A stretch of DNA of 64,000 nucleotides from Takakia lepidozioides (lineage: Eukaryota > Plantae > Bryophyta). The position numbers and the translations under genes are program-made. The notes below the pieces were generated by a model that saw nothing but the letters and a program-made list of their open reading frames with translations, made no database searches and was not told where the DNA came from. The stretch is taken from positions 33,418,001 through 33,482,000 of the forward strand of contig CM060731.1 in NCBI GenBank assembly GCA_030704615.1, read 5' to 3'. Below, piece after piece: positions 26,226-39,027 of the stretch (positions within the stretch are counted from its first letter, which is position 1; each line of letters opens with the position of its first letter).

Positions 26226-27745
26226 AAAGATCCCTAAATAAAGTTTACGCATTCACTAAACTAGTAGGTTTGGTTATTCCATCCCTGTCTTGTTCTTACT
26301 TCATCTTATGAGACCTCGGCTTCAATGTATCAAACAGAAACTCAGTTAAAACTTTTCGTAAATAATTTAAAAGACGTGAGATCTCTCGATCCTATTGAAG
26401 TCCTCTAAATAATCGACAACAACAGAGAGGAGTGGAAAACTAAATTGAGACAAGTCAAAAAATATATAAATACAAGGAAATAAAACAATGGAAACATACA
26501 TAATTAGGTAACACAAATTCGTGTACGCAGAGCCAAGGAAGAATCATACCTATTTGTGCTAGCAGAAGGCACATGCTCCCTCGTGCTCCAATGGATCGGC
26601 AACAACGGTATTTGTCATTATGAAGAAATGTGGCATTTTTGGGCATTTTCTGTTTGCAGCCAGTACAAGCTTCGATAGGTTGGCCAACGGTTCCCGTTAT
26701 GCTATAACCTGCACATATGGTATTACCTGTTCCGATTGCCTTGTTGGTTGGAAGATGCAGATGCAGAAAATCTGAGAAAGAAGATGCAACTCACGTCACT
26801 GAGACTTACTCGCGAAGAAGAAAATTCTCTATGTCAGTATGATTTAATGCAAAATTTGTAGTGTATTCCATTGAGGGATGTGCGTGTAGAGTATGACAAT
26901 CCTAACATGACTGACACCGCTTTGTGGTTCTACAATTCGTGCACATGAGGTGCTTTGATAACATGGATATCTGAGCAATGGAGATTCCTACGTAGGATGA
27001 CGAATATTGTTGAATAGTGCACATGTACACGATTGACATGGTCATAACTCTCTCAATCATCTTTCTCTATGGGTACTATAAAATTGTCTGTCCCCAAACC
27101 ATTTATATTTTATGTCTGTCTCCAACTCATCGTCTGTAATGCGTTGTCCAAATGATTGTTTTTCACATTGTTTTAGAGTCATCATCTTTATCTGTTTTTT
27201 GTTGTTGTTCTTTAGGAAAATTTGTCTCCAACATGGCTACGTGCTGTACTTGTCTCCTCCTTAGACAGCTGATGACACCATTTGAATTGTTATCGAAGGT
27301 TGTTGTTTCCTTTCCTCGATCTTTTTTCATGATCAGTCCAAATTGATGCACCTATCTGTATGCCTATATGTGGTCTTCTTCTACAAGTCCAAATATGACT
27401 GAAACCATTACTACCAAGACCACATAACTCCCAGGTTCGGTATCCTGAACATACCTCCGACCTTCACACATCTCGGGCATACTTGGGAGAAATTGTAGTC
27501 ATGGTGACACTGTCTTAGTGGTTGTGGTGGCTCCTTCCTTAACCCGCTCAGTCTGCTGTCACTTTGTCCGGGTGGTAGGCGTGTAGGTTTGCTCAGTTTT
27601 CTGGTACATTGAAGGCTTGCTAATTACAGCTCCCTATCCTTCATGCCCTCCTTCTCTCATGCATTGTTTCCCTCAGCCCACATGGCCTCCAAAGTGGCCA
27701 CATTTTGGAACTACCCGGCGGATCCAAAGACCATTAAGTATTTCA

Positions 27746-27820
27746 GCCCCTCCTCCCCCTTCCCCTCCCCCCCCCCCCCCTTCCCCCCTCCTCCGCCGCC
27801 TCCTCCTCCTCCTCCTCCCT
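27746..27820. repeat. Poly-C/(CCT)n low-complexity tract
   Basis: Direct reading. Confidence 0.85.
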
Positions 27821-30800
27821 TTCTTACTTGTCCATGTTTCATTTCACTTGATAGGGTTCAGATGCACTCCTTACCTACGATGTTAGGTAGTTTGTTTAGG
27901 ATTTAGGGTTTATGCTAGAAGATACTCAATAAATGAAGCTGAACAAGAGCCATTTTTTGCCTCTCAAGTTATTAGACTTCACAGTTGGTGCTGACAAATG
28001 CTTGGGATCTTCTTGTTTTCTGCAGATCATTTCGGGGCACCAACACTCAAATGGGCATTTCTACAACCTCATATCCACAACATTTTGGTAGGACCTGAAG
28101 AAATAGAATTTTTCTAAATGACTTGAAGGTTTTGTGTTTTTTTTGTCATTTCGGACATATAGTACATGCATGTTGTAACAATTACTTCTCGGGTGAAAGC
28201 ATGCTAATGTGTACCACTGACCCTCCTGATCAGTGGGTTAAAGACACACTGGTCATTGGATATAGAGATGAATCTGTCGAGGGTAGTTGTAGGCTACGGT
28301 GTCTCTGATTGGACGTCATCGGGCAGTTTTTTAGTGACTGTGCTTCATGTTATCTTTTTCTTTGTTCAAGATAGTTCATTTTATTATAAAGGACATTGGT
28401 TCTTGTACAAGATGGACAAGATGTTCTATGTACAAGATCTATATAATATAACAATTTTTTCACAAATTGGATGAACTATAAGAATGTTATAGACTTATGA
28501 ATCTCAAAACAATGTTTTGTCATCGACACAGTTTTTTGTGCTATGGACTCTAAAAACATATATCTAAATTTAACCAATTGTGATAAGGACAAAAAGCCAT
28601 GATGTTTAAAAATTGTGCAATGTTTCAATAGGTGAAACTAGTTTGGATATCTATCAAATGTTTACCAAGCTATGGATTTTCTTAAACACCAAAACATGTG
28701 TTTTTCATTTGTCCGTAGCATATTGTCTTTTGGATTTTTGGGATATCGTCTTTTACTAATAACTATACAAACATATAATCTAGGATGGCCAGGTAGTATA
28801 TGGACAAATGGTCATACACTCTAGGATTTGACTCCTAAAAGTTTTTTTCCAATTAAAGATTAAAATTTCTAATAAATAACATCCATAATATTTGGGCTTA
28901 GACCCTTTACTCCATTTTACAGTTTCAGTTTTATATAGCAGGTGATTTGCTTAATCTTCCTTGTACTTTCTGTATCTGTGGCAAGCTAGCCTTGACAGAG
29001 GGGGCATTTGTTGGCTTGCAAGGTTGTGATATATAATTTTGTCCAGTGAAAGTTCTAATGCCCATGGGGTTTCTTGTTTCCTCTCGATCTAAAACTTCTT
29101 TTGGTATGATTCTTTAATATACTGAGTAACGGTAAATTACGATATGACAATGATTTTGTTTCACAAGCAAATTCCCACTAGGAGATTTTGTATATATAAA
29201 CCGAACATAGATTTGTTTGCAATATTAAAACCTACAATTCGATTCTAGGGCTTTTGTCATTCTTTAAAAGAAAATGCCAGAAAAATAAATTTTGGATAGA
29301 CAAACTCAGGTTTCATCGGCGAAATGATAACACATTAAATTTTCAAATATGTTTCACCAACGAAACAATCAGCGGTTCAATTGCATCATCGAGATTTGAA
29401 AGGGAGTTCAACAATTTTAATTAGTCAATAATTTCTTCTTTTGTTTTAATAGTCACAACTTTGCTAGTGGAGAGAACGATGGCATAAATATGGACTTTCC
29501 ATTTATAGGTCCATGTGGTCGTGTATTGAAAACTCTATTGTTATGACCTTCAACAGCCTCGTGATCTCACAGATGCGTTCCGAATATGAAACTACATGGA
29601 GTTTCTGGGTGGATGACATTTCACTACTCCCAAATATTGTGAACTAGAATCCATCAATGTTCAAAAAGCATGAAAGTTAATAGAGGCATAGAGCAAAGGT
29701 GATCGTTAGAGTATATTAAAAGCCCCCCTCCGAGTTGCATGTTAAGAACCTCGAGGGAAATGACCTACGAGTTGATATATGAGCTTCAACATGCATTGTG
29801 GTGCAATATACACAATTTCACATACAAATACTCAAAGCTTATTAGTGAGAAATATTGAAACAAAGGCACCATTGAGTAGGGCAAAAACAAATTTGCAATT
29901 CTTGGCATGTAGCATTAACCAAAAATTTGGTTTCAATATTAACAAACGGCTAGTCGCGTATGGCTCCTACTTGTGAATAGTGGAATACATCAGTGTTAAT
30001 GGTCTAGTACCAAGTTTACGTACGAGTACCAAACTTGGTTTCAATAAATGTTCATACCACTCCAATATATAATGACAGATATATTTTACAGTCTAGATAT
30101 TGGTATGAGTATTGAATATCATATCGCAATACCGGCTGGTCTGAGGTATCCATATTGATATCATTTAGATGTCATTTATTTATTAAAATTTTACCAATTA
30201 TCAAGTATCCAGCATGGAATTTTTTATTTATTTTTTAACTTTGGTTAATCTAACTTGTTTGTTTTGGGAAGCCAAAATCAAAGATGTGGTGACTTGGCAT
30301 TGCCACATTCTCGTCTTCAACTCAAGAGATCTATTAAATGTCTGAAGCTTAAAACCCAACTTACTAAACCGACATACTAAACTGCTAGCCTACACGCTAG
30401 TAGCAAAAGGTAACATGAGATGAACATGGGGGACAGACAATGCTGAGCAAAATACGACCCACGGGCTAGCTCAAAGAGATTTATCCCCAGCATAAAACTT
30501 CAGACATAACCCACCTAGACCAGATCAAGAAGATTTGGAAGATCACAAAAAACAGAAGCAGAATAAAACTTGATTTTTTCTCAAGATCGTTCATAGTGAA
30601 AGTGCAGAGAGACGACTTGTCTGTTTATTGGCTCGAAATAGCCAGATTTTGCCAAGTAGATGAATTAAGTAAAACATCCATCTGTTATTCACTAAACATC
30701 TCACTAATTTCTTCAGTAAACAGAAAATTAGTTATAGGTTGTGGTTGGCTAATTGTGCCCCTAATTTAAATTTGTGGTAACCGTTGTAACAAGTTACAAC

Positions 30801-31262
30801 CACCTTTCTATTTTTCCCTCCCCCTCGCTCTCAAACTTGCCGGATGCAAGTTACATCATGGGCTCCCAGTCTTGGAAGTGCAAAGATGTTGGAATTCTCT
30901 AAAGCACGCTAGAGTTTGTTTTTATAGGTACATTTCTTAGCTCTTATCGTTTTGTTGGTATCTGTCCAATAAAATTTTGCTGTCTTCGATACATTCTGAT
31001 GATTGTCATGGATAATTATGGAAAGTGATCAAGGTCGAGATCTCATAGTGTTTCATCTCCATTGGTCGTTGTTTGACAGTAATTGGATTGATATGTTTAT
31101 TTTTTTGTGCATTTGTAACCATCACCTAACTAGACATAATCTCTCATATTAAATGCCAGAGATCCAGGTGAATTAGACGGAAAAAAACAGAGTGTTCTTC
31201 GGTCTTTGAGGATTCATAGAAGAAAATAGTAGATAGTACAACAATAGACAAGATTGTCAACC

Positions 31263-32072
31263 ATGGTGACCACTGCCACAGTCACGGCCGCGTGTCGTGT
31301 AGCATCCAAGTTTGCGTCATTATCCACAACCTTCTCTCGTACGCTATTCTTCCTCAGTACCTTGGTAGATCAACACGTGTGTTTTGCATTAAAAACGCTT
31401 ATTACATCGACACATTTCACACTAATACAATCTCTTTATTTCATAGAGTCAAGCTCATTGCGCTTTGTTGGGTTGTAATGCACATTGAGCAATCTACTTT
31501 CAAAAAACAAATCTCCAATTGTCACTTTAGTACAGGTATTATACTCACGATGCACTTCTATCTTTTGTTCATGTTGGAATGCATATCCATGATGGGTTTA
31601 TTGTTTATTCCCCAATATCTTTATGGATCATATTGTTCCTCAAGTACGAGAAAGAGATATCTTGAAAACCGTTTTCTCCGTAATTATAAAGTATCGGGAT
31701 TGCCCAAAGCTAAGTTGATAGTTATTGCATTTAGTGATTTATTTTTGTCATATAGAGAAGAATAAACCCTAAGAAGGTTGAAAGGTTGAAGCTATTTTCA
31801 ATGACATCTCAAATTCTAAACACATGGTTGTTGAATATGCAACTGTAGGAACACGTCAAGTTCATGGTGTAGGCGGAAAGGAAATTCATGCTACGGAACA
31901 CGAGGGCTACATTAATGACTACATTCATGCCGAGACCATGTATGACATTACAAAAATGACTAACCGTAAACTTAAATTTGGGTTGCTTGTTTTTTGTGGT
32001 GTTTTTGCTGGGATATTCAACCCACTCGTGGCCTGCAGTTTTCAACAAAGAAAGGCAAAAGGGGGAGGCTAA
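31263..32072 (+). CDS. Small mitochondrial single-TM protein of the At1g72020/plant COX7c-like family (divergent)
   Basis: Exon 31263-31338 is presequence-like (MVTTATVTAACRVASKFASLSTTFS, donor GTACGC). Exon 31849-32072 gives YIHAETMYDITKMTNRKLKFGLLVFCGVFAGIFNPLVACSFQQRKA, matching the family pattern Y.HA..MY....M....LK...TM..P..A..FQQ.K as I recall it. About 99 aa. Confidence 0.7.
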
Positions 32073-33668
32073 AGTAAGCAAATGTTTTGTGGGCCATATC
32101 TGGAAGCATTTCATTCATCTTACATAGTGAAGTTGGTGATTTGTTACATGTCCCTTGGTTGCAAATTTTTTGCGAAAGGCTGAGGTGTGATCATACTATA
32201 TATACCACCAAGGGCATTTTACTAGCAACTGCAGAAATATAATCTCTTCAGATAGATTTATGGCAGTGAGATGATCATGCATGTCTAAGGCTTTTGCACC
32301 CTCAATCACAAATTGTCTAATGCAAAATTTACATGCAAAGGGTGATACCCACACACAAATATACACAAGCTTCTATTTACACTGCTCAGTCAAATGATAG
32401 CTTGCATATAAATCCAATGACATTGCCTCTTCAACTGAAGTTGCGCATTCAAACTGAAGTGGGTTGGATTAGGTGCATATGTACACCTTGTATATTCTAG
32501 AGTTCTCATGATCCACTGCTGTCATCCCAATGTGTAACATTTTTTACATGGCAATAAACAATGAATTGTCATCCATGTCACCACTGTCTGAATATGACAA
32601 TGCGCAAGAGATGAAGTTTGGATCTTCCTGCAGTTCTATAGTTTGAAATTCACATATGTTGTGCCATCAATGTGCTTTGGTGTAAAACTGGTCCTAGAAC
32701 AAAGAATATTTTTGGATCATAAATTAATATTGGCAAAAGCTAGGCCTGTTCAGGACCTGGGAATCGAATTGAAACCTTGTAGGCTGTAATGACATCGGTA
32801 AAAGGGTGGAAATCATGGACAAAAATCCATAAGTAGGTTTTACGTAAATTTGGACTTTAACATGAAATTTGGAATTTTTCATTTAAAAATATTATTATTA
32901 TTCATTTAAAAAATAAAAACTTTGTTTTTGGATTTTTTAAATTAAAAAATAGCATCGTATTTTCGATTTAAATTATAATAGCTGCACAATGGATCATTGG
33001 CTCTCCCTTGCATTAAGAATTTATATCTAGAATTAGTAGGTAAAATACACTATGCATGTCATTGTTGACATATGATGCAAACAAGATGACCAATGACAGA
33101 TTATTTGCGCATTGATATTTAGATACAGTGACATCTTAAAATATGACTTTAAGTCGAATGTAGCATGGTGATCTAAGTGATCTTACTACAATCATTATGA
33201 AAAAAAAGATAATTGATATGATACAGAATTATGATTCAACCAAAGAAAAAACACTCCTTGCTCATGTGAAATGCATGAAACCACCATATAATAATAGAAA
33301 CTAGTTCACAAGATTAATATTCATAATCATGTGGTCCTAACCCTTAAGCCCCCCCCCCCCCGTTACACAAATTAAGTAAGGCTACACACCTACCTTGTTA
33401 CATCCAAAAAAATGTTCCACCTTATCATATTCCACTTGGCTACCATGTACATATACTTAGCAAATTGTGGAGAAACTCACCATACGACAAGAGAGATTTT
33501 AGTATTTTAGTTGGGAGTTTTTTGTTTTTGGATTTTGCAAAGTATACCAAACTATTTCAATGATGGGTTGATTTTTCCTACTTCTATCTCCCACATAGAA
33601 ATGTTGTATGGTATTTCTAGCCAACTAGTTTGAAAATTCCAAGCCAAACAACCATTTATTTTTATTAA

Positions 33669-35467
33669 CCCTTAACCGACGACCACCGTTTCAGCCCAAA
33701 AAGGGTACATAGCGGCATGGATGATGCCATAACTGCCCCTGATTTTTCAGAGACTTTCACCGTTGCAATTGGCAGATTATAAGAAAATTCTAATGTGGTT
33801 CTTAGACATGGTCACCAATTCGACCAAAAAAAAAAACTTTGACCAAGCTGGAAGTGCGGGTTCTTGATTTTTCATGTGGGAATGCCCTACATATTCAGAT
33901 TCTTGGGCACTCACATGACGAGAATGAAATTGCAGCCCCATATCCCAAATTTTTGTCGGGGTCTTTTGTATGTGAAATTGTCCCATGGTGTCCTCATTTT
34001 TTACCTCACAACTTATTCCTACGGTTACGTTGTGCTTTGCAACAATGCACAGAGAATGACAAAGGATTTTTTGGATTCTTCCAATTTTTGGGCCTTAAAT
34101 CTGAAATCTGCTCATTTTTGGGTTGCATCCCAATTTAGGCTGTTATGGCCCAAGCAAATTGGTGGGCCCTCACAAAAGAACCACTAGCCACTCCTGAACT
34201 AAAGCAATGCACCGGTTGAGCTAGCCAACCGTCATGTTCATGCCCTCACAAGAAAACGCACATTCCCAAGAGCTAAGGGGGGATTGAACCCCCCGATCTG
34301 CCAATATGTAGACAGCTCCCCCCCCCCCCCCCCCAAAAAAAAAAAAACAGCCAAGAAACCCAAACAACAGTACCCGCCACTACCTCCAGCCCCCCATGCC
34401 CAAAAGTCATTCAACTAACCAACCAAATAAAGGAAAAACCGGCCTGCCCCCAAGTTTCCCAATCAACAAGCTGACTGGGACCACACACCTCGTCATGACA
34501 ACGACACCAATGTGCACCACCCGATGAATGAGAACACGCACACCCCTCGTCGCACACCCCTCGTCATAGTACTACGGGGATGCTAGAACGTGAGCCTGGC
34601 CTGGTGAGCCTATGAGCCTAGCCAAACTCACGCAAGCCCACCATTTCCACAACTTGTGGGCCTATAACCGTGGGGGGATCCAGATATTACCGTGGTAGCG
34701 CGAAGTCCAAATCACAAACCGTCAAGCACAATGAAGGTGCGATATCCAAGACGTGCCGCCGTATCTCTCATTCAAGGCAGGCGATCTAGAGCTGTAATTG
34801 AACAAACAGAAATGCAGAAGAACAAATTCAAAATAGCTCTAAACAGAAAGCACAAAACCACGGTTTCAAAACGGAGTGACGCCTCTGCATCACAGTGAAA
34901 ACATGCCATCAAATCCTTTAAGCTGCAATTTGCAACACAATGCATTCAGACCCAAATCAACGAGTTGCCCTGCAGCTCGTAATACTAAAAAAATGCAGAG
35001 CAAGAAACAAAAGACATCACACTCACGTGAGAAGACGATATCCCAAACCCCTCTCGCCACCCCTGCATCACATTCCGCACAGGCAGACACACTAGCACAA
35101 AGGGCACACACCATGCCACCCTGCATGCAGGGCCGGGTGGCATCACATAGCTTCGCAGGGAGGAAACCCAGGCCCCTCCACGCTGGATGCCGGCAACGCT
35201 AGGCCAGTGGGCCTTCCGGCCTGCCACATCAGCGGGATCAACGCCGTTGGCACCTCCTATGCCAAGAGATTCAGCCCCCCCGGCCCTTGGAAATTTCTAG
35301 ATGGCGCTACACTTATTATTTCTTGCCGCTCTAAATCGGAGCACACAGAGAACTCAATGGGCTACATTTTCGGTTTAGGGATGAACCTCATCCAATATCA
35401 TCCCCCAAAGTCACGGCCTAGATGAAAAAGGACACGACCCGTTTTGGGTTGTGTTGTCGTTTAAGGG
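33669..35467. mobile_element. Non-autonomous piggyBac-like DNA transposon (1799 bp)
   Basis: TTAA on both sides (33665-33668, 35468-35471). Termini CCCTTAACCGACGAC / GTTGTCGTTTAAGGG (13/15) plus a second inverted repeat CAGCCCAAAAAGGGT / ACCCGTTTTGGGTTG (13/15), with 8- vs 1-bp spacers. No transposase ORF. Confidence 0.7.
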
Positions 35468-35937
35468 TTAAGGTCCTTTGTATGTGTTTGAGGGGGGGTC
35501 GAATGACCTCCATGTGAGCCCATTCAAAAATTGACTCATCAATATATGAAGGAAGCCAGTTTGTTTTGTTTTGTTTTGTTTGTTTGTAGCATCGTTGAGA
35601 TCTCCCAAAATGTGGGGCCCCAGCCCCGGTGCTTGGTGCCATTGGAAAGCCCTTGATGAGGAGGGGCACCGGCTTGGTCTCATGATTTTTGGACTGGCGG
35701 TGTGGGAGATGTCAAATTTTGAGTACTTTCGGTCGCTGGAAATTCGGAAAAGATAGCAAAATGGGCTTTCCTGAAGCACTGATTGGCCCTTCACGTGGAA
35801 GATTATTTCAAGTACTTAAATGGTCGCTGGAAATTCGCGAAAAATAGCAAAGTGGATATATCAATATATGAAGCCTCGACAGGGGGGAGATTGCAAAAAT
35901 AGCAAAGTGGGCAAAATTTAGTGTTGGAATGACACTG

Positions 35938-36286
35938 GAGGTCGCACTTGGGCATCTACATGGGATAATCACTTGGGTACATAGGAGATTGCATTTGGGC
36001 TTAGATGGGCCTTAACATAAGAGATGCACTTGGATACGTATGAAATTGCACTTGGTCTTACATTTCAATTCTTGACACATGAGCCTCGACATCAGAGATG
36101 CACTTGGATACACATATAGGGGATTGCACTTAGACTTAGATGATACTGGGCACTTGGGCCAACGGCACAGGCTACCCTAGAGGTCGCACTTGGGTCTCGA
36201 CATAGGAGACGCACTTGGATACATAGCAAATTGCACTTGGGCTTAGATAACACTTGACACTTGGGCCAACAGCACAGGCTACCCTA
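35938..36286. repeat. Minisatellite with a GCACTTGG core every ~20-25 bp and a ~107-bp higher-order unit
   Basis: About 14 (G)CACTT(G)G cores; CACTTGGGCCAAC.GCACAGGCTACCCTAG occurs twice. Confidence 0.8.
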
Positions 36287-36901
36287 GTTGATAATGAAAC
36301 ATTGAAATGTTTCACTCAATCCTTCCGGTGAAGGTGTGGAATGCAGTACAATAGTGAGTCTGGTCAAAAAACAAATCTAGATCAAAGGATAGAATATATA
36401 AAAATTACAAATAATAAAGGAAACTTGGAAGCCACAGCCCACAATTCAGGCCCTTGATGTGGTTGGGTAGCACAAGAGCCTCTGTGCGCATGTTCACGTG
36501 AGCAGAAGAGGATATGCCACATATTCCAAGAATATTTTTGGGAAAATGCTTTAGCGAAACTAAAACGTGAGGTTTGTGCTCACGTGAGCATGAGCCACGC
36601 GAAGTTGGGACATTGGGCCCTATGCCCGAGCGTTTGTCATTACATTGCACCAATAACACGCTTTCCATCTCCATCAACAATTTTCGTTGATTAATAGTTG
36701 CATATTTAATCATGTGATGTTGACGCTCGTCTTGTAGATATACATTATGGATGCTTATTTTGTATATTTACATTACATTAGGTAGTAATGTAGATTGTTG
36801 TTGCATAGTATGAGAATTTTTAATTAGACGATGGTTCAGGTTCAAAAAATTTATTATCTAAGGGCCCTGCTTGCATATTACACCAAAGGGAGGGGGAAGA
36901 A

Positions 36902-38190
36902 ACCTAATAAAATGTATACCCCTTACCCTCCTTATATAGTCTTTGGAGGCGGTGGTGGAGCCTTCTAGACCGCCTCATCCCGCTGCTTCTGGAAAGCTCT
37001 AGAAGTAGAAGGAGGGCGTACAGTTGTCTTCTGCGCATGTCTTGAGCTCACCGCCCCATTATATAAAAACCGGTACAGCTGTCTACTTCCCATCGACCTT
37101 CCTATTTCTACCTGTCGAGCCATTTTCCCCCTCTCCAAGCCTCCCGTGGCCCCACTAATTCACTACAAGAAAAAAAAAAAAAAAAAAAAAGGCGGGGAGG
37201 GGGGGGGGGCGGGGTTTCCGACGTCGCAACCACGCCGCGGCGTCGCAAAACAGCCATTTTCGGGTAGGGGGGAGGGGACAATTTTGCGACGCTTGTCGCG
37301 AAGGCGTCGCCAAAAAAAGTCGCAATTTTGCGATGTATGGGGGTCGCAACGCTGGGGCATCGTGATTTGTGACGCCGACGCGACTTGCGACGCCCGAGCA
37401 TCACAAAAATAAAATAAAAATCATACTATGCAATGCCGAATTAGCAACGTCCAGGGGTCGCAAAGTGCGATGCCCGGACGTCGCAGTTTAAGGGGGTACA
37501 TTTGAATTTAGGTGGAAAATTTTGAATTTCAAAAACTTGTTGACCATTGACTCCGGTTCTGTCCAATGGCAATATGTTCATTGTCCTACATATATTAGGC
37601 AATGCATACTTGAACCTAGGACCTCCACGTTATAACATTTCTAAGACACTACAGACTAACCAACACACCTACAATATATCTATGTATCACAAAAGCAATC
37701 TAAATATGTATATACATATGAAGATTTCTTTCAAGTTCCTTCTAAGGGGACCCTCTTGTGACACCGGGGAGTTGCAACCTCCACAGCCTTAGTGCCCAGC
37801 CCCAACCCCAACCCCAACGTCGTCGCCGTTGTTGCAGCCCCACCGCCAGGCGCCCCAAGTGACGTCCTTGTGATGACCTAAGTTGACTACAACACCGTTG
37901 CAACCCCTTGGCGTCGCAGCGTGGGGCGCCCCCAGCGACGTTTTGGTGACGTTGAGGGCTGCAACGCCCAAAAAAACATAAAAAAAACAAACAAACCCAC
38001 ACTGTGGCGATGCCGCCCTGACATTGCAGAGGCGTTGGGGCGCCCTTGCGACGGCTGGGCGTTTCAAGGGCGTCGCAGCGGGGGATTCCTACTCCGAGGC
38101 GTCGCAAAAAGGCGCCGCGGGGTCCGCGTCGCAGGCTCAGCGCCGCATGAGGCATGGGGGCGCGGCTAGCGTCGCAAACACCCCCCCATT
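36902..38190. mobile_element. CpG-rich GCGACG/GTCGC-motif segments, probable DNA-transposon/MITE remnants
   Basis: Dense GTCGC/GCGAC motifs at 37220-37490 and 37790-38190. Imperfect inverted repeat ACCTAA..AAATGTA.ACCCCTTA (36902-36925) vs TAAGGGGGTACATTTGAATTTAGGT (37489-37513). Confidence 0.4.
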
Positions 38191-39027
38191 TGCTATAGTG
38201 ATTGGCTCTGCCCACAGTGTCGGGTTGCATGACCTTCCCAAACTGGCCAAATGAATTGGGGTACATAGTAACAGAAATAGGCACAGAAACCATATAAGGT
38301 AGATGAACCTAATTCAAATCACTTTAAAAATGGACCCCTAGATAAATACACAAAACCAACCACATGCAAAGCTAGAAAGGCTCAGATCTTACAAGTGGTC
38401 CAGATTAGATCACGTGGTGGGCTACAATGGTAATTGCAGTCACCTCTTTTAGATCAAGGTTTTTATGATGACAGAAGCGAGTAAAAACCTTAATAATTAC
38501 TGGCGGTTCATATTTGAAATATTGTTGCGCGGTTCGAGTGAGGTATTAAGGCAGATTTCGGAACGCCTCCAAACAGTTGGCAGGATGCTTCGATCCAATT
38601 TACAGCATGCCGCCGTCACTTATTGCATGAAAGTAGATTAGTTGTTGAATTGATTCTGATCATATTTGAATTTCAAACTACGCATTATAACTACAGCGGC
38701 GGGCCATTTTCAAAATGAAGTTTTCGAGGGAAATATCCACATGTGCTTTCACGTTCAGTTGGTACCAAAATGACAAACGAATTCCATGCTTCCTGGGCAT
38801 TTCGATTTTTATCTGATAGTGATTTGGGAGGATATCATGAGAATGTTCAGATTGTGAGTAGTGATTCTGATCGTGAGTGCCATGGGAGGGAAATTCATAA
38901 TCGACAGATACCACGATCAACGACGACTGATCAGCCCAATAGTGAGTTGAGTGATTTAGGGAGTGATTAGTTAGACAATCCTACAAATTATGCGTGGGCG
39001 CAAAATCCATATGAAGAGGTTGAGATC

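Noticed and set aside
27617-27906. Proline-rich extensin/formin-like ORFs
   Set aside because: Explained by the poly-C/(CCT)n tract, with no supporting gene structure.
27895-27911. TTTAGGG motifs as interstitial telomere
   Set aside because: Only one or two units; compatible with telo-boxes or chance.
38456-38491. Hairpin AAGGTTTTTA...TAAAAACCTT enclosing ATGATGA as a C/D snoRNA
   Set aside because: Too short and has no D box (CTGA).
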